Source: Stegostoma tigrinum (lineage: Eukaryota). From it: a DNA stretch of 64,000 nt. The translations under genes were made by a program, and so were the position numbers. Each line of letters begins with the position of its first letter. Position 1 is the first letter of the stretch. The notes beneath the pieces are model-generated. The model made no database searches and was not told the DNA's origin. It saw nothing but the letters and a program-made list of their open reading frames with translations. Below, one piece after another: positions 1 to 13,296 of the stretch. Where the stretch lies: assembly GCF_030684315.1 (NCBI RefSeq), contig NC_081356.1, positions 61,550,835-61,614,834 on the forward strand. The letters run 5' to 3'.

Positions 1-299
1 TAATTAGCATTTAGCCACTGTGCACTCATTTATTCTAGCTCGGTCTAATTCAATGCAGAAAAAGCAGTCTGGTGGTAATTACATAAAAAGCAGCAACATT
101 GGCAAAAGAAGCATCTCACAATTAGTGACAAACGTTATTAAACTCAGGACAATTCTAGCCGTAATATTTAGAGGCTTATGATCCTGAACTATATATCTTA
201 AACTTTGTGATACCCTGGGCCACTCTTCCATAATTCCTAACATTTCGTCACACCCTATGGCAATTTGTCGTGAAATCCCTTTCCCATTTGTCCATTGAA

Positions 300-600
300 C
301 TCTTACTCCTCACCAGCCAAAACCCCCAAACACACACCTTCCTGGTGAAGCGACAATTTACTTGTCCTGCATTCAATCTAGCCTACGATATTCACTGCTC
401 ACAATGGAAGTTTCTTTACAATGACAAAACAAAAATAAAAATGGAGTAATTGCTTTGCAGAACACCTTCGCTCTGTCTGTATAAATTAGCCTGACCACCT
501 AGTTGCCTGCCACTTCATTAAACCATTATGGTCCCACACTACCATTTTGGCCCTGGGTCTGCTACAGTGTTCCAATGAATCTCAATGCAATTTGCACACA
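300..600 (+). mobile_element. Old degenerate Penelope-like element, GIY-YIG region (left part, interrupted by a younger copy at 601)
   Basis: Translates in pieces as HTFLVKRQFTCPAFNLAYDIHCSQ...CFAEHLRSVC...LVACHF...LGLLQCSNES, homologous to the C-terminus of the Penelope copy at 18200-18440; resumes at 3160. Confidence 0.75.
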
Positions 601-3159
601 GATAACAAGGTGTGGAGCTGGATGAACACAGCAGGCCAAACAGCATCAGAGGAGCAGAAAAGCTGATGTTTCAGGTAGAGACCCTTCAGAAATGGGAGAA
701 GGGAAGGGGGTTCAGAAGTAAATAGGGAAAGAGGGGGAGGTGGATAGAAGAGAAGATAGGTGGAGAGGAGACAGACTGGTCAAAGAGGCGGGGATGGAGG
801 CAGTAAAGGTGAGTGTAGACGGGGAGTTATGGAGGGGATAGGTCAGTCCAGGGAGGACAGACAGGTCAAGGAGGTGGGATGAGGCTAGTAAGTAGGAGGA
901 GGGGGTGGGGCTTAAGGTGGGAAGAGGCGATAGATGGGAGGAAGGGCAGGTTAGGGAGGCAGGGACGAATGGGCTAGTTTTGTGGTACAGTAAGGGGAGG
1001 GGAGATTGTGATACCATTGGGCTGCAGAGTCCCCAACTGAAATGAGGTGCTGTTCCTGCAATCTTTTGGATGGCACCATTGTGGCACTGCAGGAGTCCCA
1101 GGATGGACATGTCGTCTGAGGAAGGGTAGGGGGAGTTGAAATGGTTTGCGACTGGGACGTACAGTTCTTTAGTGTGAACTGAGCTTAGGTGTTCCGCAAA
1201 GCAGTCCCCAAGGCTCCGCTTGGGTTCCCTGATGTAGAGGAGGCCACAACAGGAACAGCAGATACAGTATACCACATTATCAGATGTGCAGATGAACATA
1301 TGCTTGATGTGGAAAGTCTTCGGGCCTGGGATAGGGGTGAGGGGGAAGGTGTAGGGGCAGGTGTAGCACTTCCTGCGGTTTCAGGGAAAAGTGGAGGGGA
1401 GTGTGGATTGGACAAGGGAATCCCAGTTAGAGTGGTCCCTCTGGAAAGCAGATAAAAGTGGGGAGGGAAAAATGCCTTTGGTGGTGGGGTCGGATTGCAG
1501 GTGGTGGAAATGTTGGAGGATGATGCGTTGAATCCGGAGGTTGGTGGGGTAGTACGTGAGGATGAGGGGGATTCTGTTTTGATTTTTGTTGTGGGGAGCG
1601 GGTGTGAGGGATGAGTTGTGGGAAATGCGGGAGACACTGTTGAGGGCGTTCTCGATTGAGGGGGGGAATTGGCAGTCCTTGAAAAATGAGGACATCTGAG
1701 GTATTCGGGAGTGGAATTCTTCATCCTGGGAGCAGATGCAGCAGAGGCGAAGGAATTCGGAATAGGGGGTGGCATTTTTTTGCAGGAAGATGGGTGAGAG
1801 GAGGTGTATTCTAGGTAGCTATGGGAGTCGGTGGGCTTGAAATGGATATTGGTTTCCAGGTGGTTGCCAGAGATGTACACAGAGGTCCAGGAAGGAGACA
1901 GAGGTATCGGAGATGGTCGAGGCGAACTTAAGGTTGGGGTGGAAGGTGTTGGAGAAGTGGATGAACTATTTGAGCTCCTCGTGTGAGCGCCAGGCGGCGC
2001 CGATAGTCATCAATGTAACGGACAAAGAGTTGGGGCTTAGCGCCAGTGTAGGTACGGAAGAGGGATTGTCCCACATGCCCTACAAAGAGGCAGGCGTAGC
2101 TTGGGGTCATGTGGATAGCCATGGCCACCCCCTTTGTCTGTAGGAAGTAGGAGGAATTGAGAAAGAAGTTGAGTGTGAGGACGGGTACTGCTAAACGGAT
2201 GAGGGTGTCAGTGGAGGGAGACTGGTCGGGCCTGTGGGACAGGAAGAAGCGGAGGGCCTTTAGGCCATCTTCATGGGGAATGGAGGTGTATAGGGATTGG
2301 AGGTCCATGGTAAAGATGAGGTGTTGGGGACAAGGAAATTGGAAGTTTTGGAGGAGGTGGAGGGCATGGATGGTGTCATGGACATTAGTAGGGAGTTCCT
2401 GGACCAAGGGGGAGAAAATGAAGTCGAGATAAGTGGAGATATGTTTGGTGGGATGGGAGCAGGTGGAGACGATAGGTCAACCAGGGCAGTCAGGTTTGTG
2501 GATTTTGGGAAGGAGATAGAAGTGTGTGGTGTGGGGTTGGGGTACAATGAGGTTGGAGGCTGTGGGTGGGTGGTCACCTGAGGTGATGTGGTTGTGGGTG
2601 GTTTGGTGGTTGGGTGTGGGATCATGATCTGGCAGCAATAGGAGTAGGTGTCAGAGTTGGACCCTGGCCTTGGTGATGTAGAGGTCAGTGCGCCATACTA
2701 CAACTGCACCTCCCTTGTCCACGGGTTTTATCGTGAGGTTGAGATTGGAGCAGAAGGCTGCACGTTCTGCAGGGGAGAGGTTGGAGGGGATGGAGAGGTC
2801 GAGGCAATTGATGTCACGACAGCAATTGGAGAGGAAGAGGTCAAGGGAGGGTAGGAGGCCTTGGGGTGGTCTCCAGAAGGAGAGGGTGTGTTGGAGGCAG
2901 GAGAAAGTGTCAGTGGGGGAAGTGTAAAGCTCATGATTTAAGTGTGGAGGTGGAGGTGGCGGTAATCTTCAACATCCAAGCGTGATGTGTGGCTGGAGGA
3001 GACAAAGTTGAGCCCTTTACTGAGGACTGGCCGTTCGTCCTCAGTAAGGGGGAGGCCTGGGAGGATGGTGAAGATTCGGCAGGGCTGGGTGCTACTGGCT
3101 CCTCTGGAGCTGCAGGCTGTGGAGGCGGTGGGCAGAGCGATTGTTGGTGGTGGGTGACA
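601..3159 (-). mobile_element. Penelope-like retroelement (Neptune-type), 5'-truncated and frameshifted, RT + GIY-YIG + terminal repeat
   Basis: Minus ORFs show RT motifs (FTMDLQSLYTSIP, QTKGVAM, RYIDD), thumb (HFKPTDSHSYLEYTSSHP) and GIY-YIG (VVYCICCSCCGLLYI...FAEHL). 13-bp target duplication caatttgcacaca (588-600) / caatttgcacgca (3160-3172). Confidence 0.93.
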
Positions 3160-3523
3160 CAATTTGCACGCACCTTATTTTCCACGCAGGCACTTTACAG
3201 CCTATGGGATTCAATATTGAGTTCCACAAAATCAGAGTATGATCACTGCATTTCATTTCTCTAACATTCCCCATCCTCCCCCAGCCATACCTTGCTCATG
3301 TCTTCTCTACGCCCCCCCCCACCCCCCCCCCACCCCCGGATCCGGGTACCCTTACCATCCATTCCATGTCCTCCTTAAAAGTCAGCATTTTTCAGCTCTT
3401 TCACTTCCAAAGAAGATTAATAGTGGACTCAAAACATTAACTCTGTTTCTTTCTCCACAGATGCTGTCACACCTGCTGAATTTCTCCAGCTCTTTCTAGT
3501 TTATTTCAGATTTCCAGCATCTG
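3160..3523 (+). mobile_element. Old Penelope-like element, right part (C-terminus and terminal repeat)
   Basis: HLIFHAGTLQPMGFNIEF-like C-terminus, C-rich spacer, then a terminal repeat (ctctgtttctttctccacagatgctg...ccagcatctg) seen several times in the window. Confidence 0.75.
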
Positions 3524-3851
3524 GGGAGGTAATGGCCTGGCGGTAATATTGCGATCCTGGTAATGCTCTGTGGGCCTGGGTTTGATTCCTGCCATGGCAG
3601 ATGATGGAATTTGAATTCAATAAATAACTGGAATTAGAAGTCTACTGATGATTGTGAAATGATTGTTGGGAAAAAGCTACCTGGTTAACTAATGTCCCTT
3701 TAGGGAAGGAAACTTACCTGTTCTAGCCTACATTTGGCTCCAGACCCACAGCAATAGGCTGATACTTAACTGTTCTCTGGACACTAGGAATGAGTAATAA
3801 ACGTTGACCTTGCCAATGACAACCACAACCCATGAATGAATAAAAAAGAAA
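3523..3851 (+). mobile_element. tRNA-derived Deu-domain SINE (SacSINE1-like)
   Basis: A-box-like tggcctggcgg, B-box-like ggtttgattcc, core ctggttaactaatgtccctttagggaaggaaa, tail catgaatgaataaaaaa; atctg duplicated at 3519-3523 and 3852-3856; homologous to 57069-57426. Confidence 0.8.
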
Positions 3852-5829
3852 ATCTGCAGTATGTTGCATTTCTTCAATTTTGATATCAGACATGTGATGT
3901 TTTCCCATCATAAAAACAGGACATACTGAAGGAACTGCGGATCACTCATCTGGCAACCAATCTCCTCATGACACCTACAACCCCTCGTCCAATTAACACC
4001 CAATGCCCTCACTTGTGTTATCCACTTGCCTTTCCTCAGCACCATCAAAATAACTTAAAGATATTTAACATAAAGAATATGGCTCTGTCAGTTGAAATAG
4101 GAGAGAATTTCATTTCTTCCACTCCTTTTCATGCCCCTGTCACAGAAAGGACTGATTTGCAGACTGACGCAGATCTTGAATTGGCCAATTTCAGAAGGTT
4201 TCAACTGGTGGGGTGCATATGCTCAGCGTTAGCTTTGACACTTTGTCAATTTCATCAAATTAAAATCAGAGACAGGGTTCAGAGCAAACCTTCTGTAAGT
4301 GTTCCAGGCCTGCCAATCAGTCAACCACTTCAAGTCAAAAATAGTCAATATCAGTACTTTGACAACACTTTGTACTTTTGATATTTTTCTTACTGGTTCT
4401 TTTACATGTAACAGCTTATGTAATTGTCATTTAACATGTGCAGAATAAATCCTCTTGCAGTTACTGGGTTAAAATCCAAATTATTAAGGCATTACGAAAC
4501 TGCTGGGTATATTAAATCTAATGTATAACCATGCCCTTGGCTTAAGAGAAAAACACAAACACAAAATGATTTGTGGATTTTGTAATTATCCAGATTGCAT
4601 CTGTTGTTGTGATTCACTTCCTGTACTATCTACTCATAACAATAATAAATTGAACAATACCTCACTCTATTACATTGGTAGAAAAGACTGGAAAGCCCAC
4701 AGTGATAATGGGCAAGTTACAATGAGCCATTAAAGCTTCAATCAATTGGTATTGAGTTTTGTTCTAAATGAAATGATTTATTGTTTTCCATTATCACAAT
4801 TTTATTTATAAATCTCTCACTTGACACAGATTTATTAAAGGCAAAGATTGTGTTGAAAATATGGAAGATTTATTGCTGTTCTAAGAGCCTCAGTATAAAC
4901 CATTTGCACTTGGACTATGCTGCCTTCATGCAAGTTCTCTTTTTGTGTTGCAGAAGCACACTTCAAATAATCAGCATCTGAAATTAGGGATTAAAGAAAA
5001 CATGTTGAGGTGGCTGTGTAAAACTAAGAACACATCGCATCAACATTCTTTGATTCCGAAGCAAAGGATTATGACCATGTATTAGAATGCACTTACATGG
5101 ATTAGTCATGGAATGTCATGACCAAGGACTAATTGCACAAATCCTATTTTTGAGAAAAGAATAAATACATTTAAATTCCATTCCCATCAGCCTTTCTGTT
5201 TCTTTTCAGTTCGCCCTCATTCATTTCAATTGATTCTTTCAAAATATTATGATTTCCAATGATGGTACTACTGGTCAATTCACACCCCAGAGTCAAATGT
5301 TTATTTTTTCATTTAGTTAGTTGACCACAGAAATATATTCCATGAAGCTACAGATTTTCTTTAAAAACAGAACAGCTGTTGATTATACAAAAAGCGAACT
5401 AAAAAGAAAATAGGCAATCTATATAAATGAAACAGAATTATCTTACAACATACAGCAAAGCAACATTTCAATCTGTTTTCCAGCACTCTCTTACAAAGAC
5501 TCAAGTCAAAGCTATTAGTTTCTTTGATTATGGATTGTGGAGACAACTTGAGTGCTTTCCAATTCTGCAAGCATGAATCTTTCCAAAATCTTAAAACTGA
5601 ACTTTTCAAATCTTGATACGTCACAGGTATCTTACTCCTGGTTTAGAAGCTTTAATAACTAAACTTGTCTGCTAAGGTGACTGGATCTCTGAATTACCCT
5701 GGTCTCTTTTCAGAAGAGAGACGAAACTTGCATTTGAACTCAACTTGAGCATTTTCTGAAATGAGCGTAATGACTTATTCAATGCCAGGTTTCTCTGAAC
5801 TTAACACAAAGGCAATTAGTTAGTTTTGA

Positions 5830-6150
5830 TTAGAAGGTCAGTGAAATGATGTCACCTGCCCTGGCAGCCTCAATTGGACCTGTATCCAAAGTCACCGCTG
5901 CAGACATCAGAACGGCCTTCCTAAGGGTCAACCCATGAAAACGACTGGCCCAGATAGGGTCCCAGGCCATGTATTCAGATCCTGTGTGGACTAGCTGGAG
6001 ACATCTTTAACCTCTCCTTACTACAATGAGGTTGCCACCTGTGTCAAGAAGACTGTTATCCTAGTGCCAAAGAAAAGTCAGGTAACATGCCTTAATAATT
6101 ACCACTTGGTGTCTCTGATATCCATCATTATGAAGAACTTTGAGAGGTGC
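5830..6150 (+). mobile_element. Older Rex1/Babar LINE fragment (left part)
   Basis: Homologous to 6900-7225 (GPDxVPG, DIFNLSL, VPKK, NYxxVSL...IMKNFER); continues at ~8500. Confidence 0.75.
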
Positions 6151-8500
6151 CCTAGAAAGAGATCTACGAAACCACGAACACACTAGAGATTAAATTTCCC
6201 AAGGCCCTATTGTGGCCAGTGACTTCAACCAAGCCAACCTTGAGCAAGAGATGCCAAAGAACCACCAACACATCTCCTGCCCCACCAGGGGACCGAGCCT
6301 TCTGGATCACTGCTACACAACCACCAAAGAGGCGCACCATGCCATCCCCTGCCCACGCTTTGAAAAATCAGAGCACAGCACTGTGTTCCTCCTCCCAGCT
6401 TACAAGCAAAAGCTGCAACAGGAGATTTCTTCTTGAAAAGGAATAGTGCTGGTCTGAGGCTGCGGAAGACCGTCTCCGGGACTGTTTGTGTTCAGCAGGA
6501 AACCGAGATGAGCACACCCAGAGTCACATACTTTATTAGCAAATGTGTGGAGCACTGTGCACCAAAGAAGTCAATCTGAGTGTTCCCCAACCATAAACCT
6601 TAGATGAACATGGAAATTCATTCCCTACTGAACACCAGACATGCAGCACTTAAGTCAGGTGACCCAGACCAATGCAGAAAATCCAGATATGACCTCCACA
6701 AAGCCATCAGGGAGGCCAAGAGGCAGTACCAGACCAAGCAAGGGGCCCAAACCTCCCAAACAGACTCCCACTGCCTATGGCAAGGCCTAAACAACACTAC
6801 AGGATACAAAATGAAGCAGAGCAAGATAGCAGACGCTGACATATCTCTTCCTGATGCACTCAATACTTTCTGTGCTCAGTTTGAGCAGAATGCCAGTGGC
6901 GCGGTGACATCTGCCCCAACAGCTCCGGATACACCTGTTCCCTCAGTCACCCATTGCAGACTCAGGTCAGTTTTCCTGGGAGTCACCCCAAGGAAAACGA
7001 TGGGCCTGGCCGGTGTCCTCGGCCGAGCACTCAGATCCTGTGTGAACTCCCTGGTGGAGGTATTCACTGACATCTTCGACCTCTCTCTCTCCTACAAGCT
7101 GAAGTCCCCTACTGCTTCAAGAAGAACACCATCATCCCCATATCCAAGAAAACACGTGCAACGTGCCTCAATGGCCATCGCCTTTGGCTCTGATTTCAAT
7201 AAACATGAAGTGCATCGAGAGGCTGGTCATTGCCCACATCAACTCCAGTCTCCCATCCTGCCTCGATCCTCTACAGTTTGCCTTCTGACATAACTGGTCC
7301 ACAGAAGATGTCATATTGCTCGCCCTGCGCTCATTCCTGGAACATCTAGACAACAAGGACACTTATGTCAGACTCCTGATCGTTGACTACAATTCTGCCT
7401 TCAACATCATTATCCCCTCTAGACTGACATCAAAACTCTGTGACATTGGCCTCAGCTCTGCCCTCTGAAACTGGATCCTCAGCTTCTGACCAGCAGGCTG
7501 CAATCAGGGAGAATAGGTAACTGCACGTCCTCCACAATAATACGCAACACTGGAGTCCCCCAAGGATGCATCCTCAGCCCCCAGCTCTACTCACTTTACA
7601 CCAATGGCTGTATTGTCAAATTCCAAACAAACGTCATCTGCAAGTTTGCTGATGACACAATATCTAATAACGATGAGTCAAACTACAGAAGGGCGATAGA
7701 GGGCTTGGTGACGTAGTGCAATGGAAACAATCTGTCTCTTAACATTGGCAAAACTAAAGAACTGATCATTGATTTCAGAAAGAAGGAGGAGAACTCACCT
7801 CCATGCACATAAACAGAACTGAGGTTGACAGTGTGAAGAGCATTAAGTTCCTCAGTGATGATGACTGGTAACCCGTCCTGGACATCCCATGTAGATGCAA
7901 CTGTGTTAAAAAGGAAGTACGATGTGTCTTCTTCCTATGACAGCTCAGGAAATTTGGCATGTCCATAAGGACCGTCAACAACTTTTACAGGTGCACTATT
8001 GAAAGCGTATTGACTGGGTGCATAACAGCCTGGTATGGTAACTGCTCTGTCCTGTACCATACGAAACTACAGAAGGTGGTGTGCATAGGCCAGACCATCA
8101 TGCAAGCCAACCTTTCATCCATGGACTCCATTAACATGGCTCGCCGCTGCAGAAAGGCTGCCACGTCATCAAAGACCAATCACACTCCAGTAATGATCCC
8201 CTACAACCTTTTCTGTTAGGCAGAAGCTAGAAGCATGAATACACGCATGAGCGGGTTCAGGGACAGCTTCTTCCCTGCATTATCAGACTGATGAATGAAC
8301 TCTCTAGCCTCAAATGACACTGATCTTGCTAACATTGATCTCGCCTGGCACATGCCCTATGCAATGTAACCCATATGTCTCTGTCTAAGCCTTTTTGATC
8401 TGTACATCCTTTGCTTACTATGATCTGCCTGTAACGCTCAAAAACAAAGCTTTTCACTGTATTTCGGTATATGTGACAATAAATCAATTGATTAATCAAT
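6150..8500 (+). mobile_element. Rex1/Babar-clade LINE, 5'-truncated, degenerate endonuclease-RT
   Basis: Endonuclease motifs SDFNQANL, LDHCYT; RT motifs DYNSAFNII, GVPQGCILSP, KFADDT; C-terminal FYRCTIESVLTGCITAWYGNC; 3' end gtgacaataaatcaattgattaatcaat. Confidence 0.88.
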
Positions 8501-8536
8501 GTCACACAATACTTCAGTCTCCCATACTATTTTGAT

Positions 8537-8620
8537 CGGAGGCTTCATTGATGATGTCACCTAGCAGCGTGATGAAACGTCTGAACAAAACCAAGGCAGC
8601 TCAGTGAGCAAGTCAACAAC
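8537..8620 (+). mobile_element. Poseidon-type Penelope terminal-repeat fragment with a degenerate hammerhead
   Basis: cggaggcttcattgatgatgtcacctagcagcgtgatgaaacgtctgaa...cagctcagtgagcaa matches 36324-36398. Confidence 0.75.
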
Positions 8621-9276
8621 TTTGCCTTGATCTGCTACAGTTTGCCTACTGTTATAATGGGTCCATGACAGACTTCATCTCCCTGCACTCATCCCTGGAA
8701 CATCTGGATAACAGGGATACTTATGTCAGATTCCTATTAGTTGACTTTAGCTCCACCATCACCACCATAATTCCAACAAAACTCAACTCATCCCCGAACT
8801 CCAACACCTAGGTCTCTGTTCTCTGCTCTGCAACTGGATCCTCAATTTGCTAATCCGTAGACCACAATTGGTAAGGATTATTGACAACATCACCTCCACA
8901 ATAATCCTCATTGCCAGTGCCCCGCAAGGTTGTATGCTCAGCTCCTTACTTTACTCCTTCTACACTCACAACTGTGTGGCCAATTTCAGCTTTTAACTCC
9001 ATTTACCGTTTTGCCTTTGACATCACCATAGTGGATTGGATCTCAAAAAGCAGCAAGACAGAGTACAGGTCGGAGACAGAGCTTAGTGGCATGGTGTAAA
9101 AACAATAATCTCTCCTTCAATGTCAGCAAAATGAAGGATCTGGTCATCAACTTCAGGAAGCAGAATGGAGGACACACCCCTGTCTCTATTAATGGTGTTG
9201 AGGTGGAGGTGGTCAAGAGCTTCAAGTTCTAGGAGTAAATATCATGAGCATTCTGTCCTGGTCCAAACACATTGAA

Positions 9277-9453
9277 TTCCTCCCACAGTCCAAAGATGTG
9301 CAGGCTGGGTGGATTGGCCATGTTAAATTGCCCATAGTGTTCAGGGGCATGTGGGCTATAGGGGGATGGGTCTGGGTGGGATGCTTCAAGGGGTGGTGTG
9401 GACTTGTTGGGCCGAAGGGCCTGCTTCCACACTGTAGGGAATCTAATTTAATC
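9277..9453 (+). mobile_element. HE1-like V-SINE, 5'-truncated
   Basis: V-domain ttcctcccacagtccaaagatgtgcagg...ggattggccatgttaaattgccc and CR1-type tail gggccgaagggcctg. Confidence 0.85.
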
Positions 9454-9829
9454 ATGCTACGGTTAAGGAAGCATTCTTCTACTTCCTCAGAAGGCTAAGG
9501 CAATTTGGCATGTCCGCAATGACACTTAACAATTTTTATAGATACACCGTAGAAAGTATCCCATCCAGATGCACCACAGGTTGGTATAGCAACTGCTCTG
9601 CCCAAGTCTGCAAGAAATTACAGAGTTGCAAATGCAGCCATCATGAAAAACAGTACTTTTAGCTGAATCTCAATACATGGGACAATGATAAATCAAATCA
9701 AAAAGCTTTTTCTTCATTAAATATTGCATTTTCATTAAGAACCTAAATTAATAGCAAGAAGTAATATTGAGTTGGAAGGTGTAGAACCCAGGGAGCAGTG
9801 AACATCTACAATACAATTTACCCTGCAGG

Positions 9830-11050
9830 TTGAGAGAGCGAAGCCGGAATCAGATGTAACAGCATTACAATTGAGTAAAGGTAACTATAAAGATATAAGG
9901 GAGGAGCTGACCAGAGTTGATTGGAAGGGGAGACTAGCAAAGAAGATAGTACAGCAGCAATGGCAGAAGTTCTTAGGAGTAATTCAGGAGGCACAGCAGC
10001 AATTCATCCCAAGAAAGAAGATACATACTAAGGGGAGAAAGAGGCAATGAGGCCACAGAAAATAATGGGGATCAAAGAATTAGGGAAGGAAATGAATAGG
10101 TATTTTGCATTAGTCTTCACAGTGAGAGACAACGGTAGCATATCAGAACCTTAAGACAGTCAGGGGCAGAGGTGAATGTAGGGGCCAACACTAAGGAGAA
10201 GGTGCTAGGGAAGGTCGAAGGTATGAGGGTGGATAAATCACCTGGACTGTATGGATACACCCTAGGTTTCTGAAAGAGACAGCTGAGGAGATTGTGGAGG
10301 CATTGGTGGTGATCTTTTCAGGAATCATTTGAAGTCCAGTAGAGTCGCAGAGGTCTGGAAAATGGCTAATGTAACACACCTATTTAAAAGGGGACGGAAG
10401 CAGGAGACAGGTATTATAGACCAGTTAGCCTGACCTTTGTCATTGGTAAGATTTTAGAGTCCATTATTAAGGATAATGTTGCAGAGTACTTCAAAGCACA
10501 TGGCAAAATAGGGCTGAGTCGGCATGGCTTTGTCAAGGGGAGTCCATGCCTGGCAAATGTGTTAGAATTCTTTGAGGAGACAATGTGATCTATTTGGGTT
10601 TCCAGAAGGCTTTTGACAGAGTGCTATGCAGGAAGCTGCTAAATAGGATAAGAGCCTATGATGTTAGGGGCAAGGTACTGGCATGTTAAGAGGATTGGAG
10701 CTTACTGGCCAAAGGCAGACAGTGGGATAAAGGGCTCTTTTTTTAGGATGGCAGCAGGTGACGAATGGAGTTCCGCATGTGTCTGTGTTGGACCACAATT
10801 ATTCACTGTTTAGAACTGAGATAAGAAGGTATTTCCTTCAACCAGAGGCTGGTGAATCTATGGAACGCATTGCTGCAGAAGTCATTGAGTGTATTTAAAA
10901 TGAAAATAAATAGGTTCTTGATTTGTAAGGGAATCAAAGGCTACAGGGAGAAGGCAGGAGCATGGGGTTGAGAAACATATCGGCTGCAATCAAATGGCGG
11001 ATCAGACTCAATGGACCAAATTGTCCAATACTGCTCATATGGTCTTTTCG
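9830..11050 (+). mobile_element. Degenerate CR1 LINE (ORF2 pieces and 3' end)
   Basis: KSPGL...HPRFLKE, ANVTHLFKR, YRPVSLT, HGFVKGSPCLAN, FQKAFDRV motifs with internal deletions. Confidence 0.85.
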
Positions 11051-11469
11051 TGAATCTTGGATTTAGGCCATCATTCCAGAACGACTGTGTGACTTTTTTT
11101 TAGAAAAGGAAAACTTGCAACAGAAATAACCAATTCTAGTCTCCTTCTCTTTTGAACTCAATGTGCCAAAAATGAACATAACATACATGAATTTCATAGC
11201 CTCCATCACAATATCACGTTTGTGAAAATAACCCCAATTACTACAATCAAGCACGACAAGAATAGCACAAATTAGATTACATTCCAGATAATTTACTTGT
11301 CAATATTCGATAGATTTTGCCTTATATAGAGAAATCACTCATATGAAAAGTAACATTTAATCCTCTATTGTTGGGAAGTAGCTTGTTTAATGTTATGGCT
11401 GCTGCCTGGCATGCATGGTTCAAATTATTACCACTTACCCTGAAGTCTGAAGTTTGTCTTCTTGCATTA

Positions 11470-11600
11470 ACCATGGAATGCTTCAGTATCTAAGTATTTG
11501 AGAATGAAAACAAGCATTATGCAATCATGAGTGAGCATCGCCATTACTTTCCTGATAGAAGGACGGTCAATGATAAAGGAAATGGAAATGATTGGACCTA
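11470..11600 (-). mobile_element. Small RT fragment of the CR1-group LINE family seen at 30281-32870
   Basis: Similar to 15420-15480 and to the reverse complement of ~32740-32860. Confidence 0.5.
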
Positions 11601-12510
11601 CTCTTGTTCCTTGCTCGCATGTTCATCATGAAGTAAGGATCTATGCGAATTATTGCTACAATTTACTGGCTATGCTCTAATTATTCTCTTGATTTTGCTC
11701 TGTTGCTGCAACATTCATAGGTTACAATGCATTTTAAAATGTTAATTTCTCGCCCTCTTTTCTAACTACAGCAACAGTTAGCCCAATTGAGAGAGAATTC
11801 CATCTTTTTGCAGTGAATAATAAAACAATAAATGCACCTTGTTATAATTAAATGCTGAGGGTGAAGGTAGAGTTCATCTATTTAACTGAAGTGTAAGCAC
11901 TGCTTTTTTGCAGTTGACTCTGTTGAGAATTAGAGACCATTTCTGTTCAAATGTGCATTTTAGTAGAAAATAAATAAATTCTCTGAAATTAATTCTCCAG
12001 GCCAGGGATTGGACCGTATTGCTCTTTCCACTTGGCCAGAAATGTAATGACATCTGATGTGGTGGGGCGAAAAGGCCGAGCCTTAAATTTTCCCATAGGC
12101 AGATGGCACTGTCACGTCCCAAATTAAGTAATTTGGAGGGACACATCAATTAAAGGATCCACTGAGATTCGGACTCAGATTGCTGGATACAAAACCCAGA
12201 TGCTCATTAAAGAAAAACTTATTCTTTTTACAATTACTGCAACAATAATTTCAAACTGGAATCCATCATCTGTGGGCTTCATTTATCACTAATTTTGGAA
12301 TATGTCTGCTGTTCAGTTGTTTTACTGACTGATGTAAAATTTGTTGTCTACTGGACAATAAATATTGTAGAAAAATTATCACATTTTCTCTTGGAACTGG
12401 GCGTTGCTCTGTCCATTGCTTTGGAAATGTGACCAATTTCTCAGAAGTTGAGGGAAAATGTTAGGTATAATTTTGTGCCTAACATGTATGTAATGCAATA
12501 TACATCATGG

Positions 12511-12626
12511 TGATAGTAAGAACTGCAGGTGCTGGACTCAGAGGTAACACTGTGTGGAGTTGGAGGAACAGAGCAGGCCAGGCAGCATCAGAGGAGCAGG
12601 AATGTTGATGTTTTTTCAGAAATGGT
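12511..12626 (-). mobile_element. Solo terminal-repeat fragment of the young Neptune-type Penelope family, tail present
   Basis: Matches the reverse complement of 18850-18980 including the 3' tail (gatagtaagaactgcaggtgctgga); hammerhead stem II deleted. Confidence 0.8.
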
Positions 12627-13069
12627 GAGATCATTACGGTAAGATTTTGGCAGAATTAAATGGGAGGATTGGCAAGGCTTTTGACAATCAATGCGGTGAG
12701 TTTCTCAGGAGGTAGTATTGAGCTGATAATTAAGCTGGATTATTACTTGTTAAACACCTTCCCAATGCACATTCAGTCTCCTCCCTTACCAAATGTGCCA
12801 AACAAGCCAGATGTTTAAAAATCTAGTCATGGAAATCAGCTCACCACTATCTCCAGGATTTCCATGTTGTTTAGAACCAACCAATACACCTTTTGTCCAT
12901 GGACATTGGCATCCAAGTATTTGCCATCCTCTCACACTGGAATCTCATGACCAAGTAACCTTCTGATGCATTAGTGGGTTGCTTTGGGAACACAGACCTG
13001 GATCACAGGTGCAACTAGCATTGAATAACAGTAGCAGAGACATATTGTAGATCTGTTCTGAAGAAGGGT

Positions 13070-13296
13070 TATGAAATAACTCCATCGAGGCTGGTATCCC
13101 ATCACTGAGTCACCCTTTATTTACACATAGAAAGTCCTTGACACTGATTGGGCTCCCTCAGAGCCAGCTCTCAGAGTGAACAGAACCTCTGACATCCTTG
13201 TTCTAATCTGTTGTTATCTGTTTGGACCAGATAAAACCCAAATTAGGAAACTCACATTATGAGGCCCACTTGATTGACCTCATTACAATTACTACA
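13070..13296 (-). mobile_element. Probable 3' LTR of the adjacent Gypsy element
   Basis: On the minus strand it begins tgtagtaattgtaatgagg just downstream of the integrase region; no second LTR found to confirm. Confidence 0.5.

Larger units (their letters stand above)
8500..9705 (+). mobile_element. Older Rex1/Babar LINE, right part (RT and 3' end)
   Basis: [52 protein letters not shown] motifs; ends gataaatcaaatcaaa; interrupted at 8537-8620 and 9277-9453. Confidence 0.8.

Noticed and set aside
712-3274. Many overlapping Pro/Ser- or Gly/Glu-rich ORFs as host genes
   Set aside because: They are alternative-frame and antisense shadows of the strand-skewed Penelope sequence; the same peptides recur at 16-19 kb.
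3312-3338. Poly-C tract as a functional G-quadruplex element
   Set aside because: A simple homopolymer expansion inside the C-rich spacer of an old Penelope repeat.
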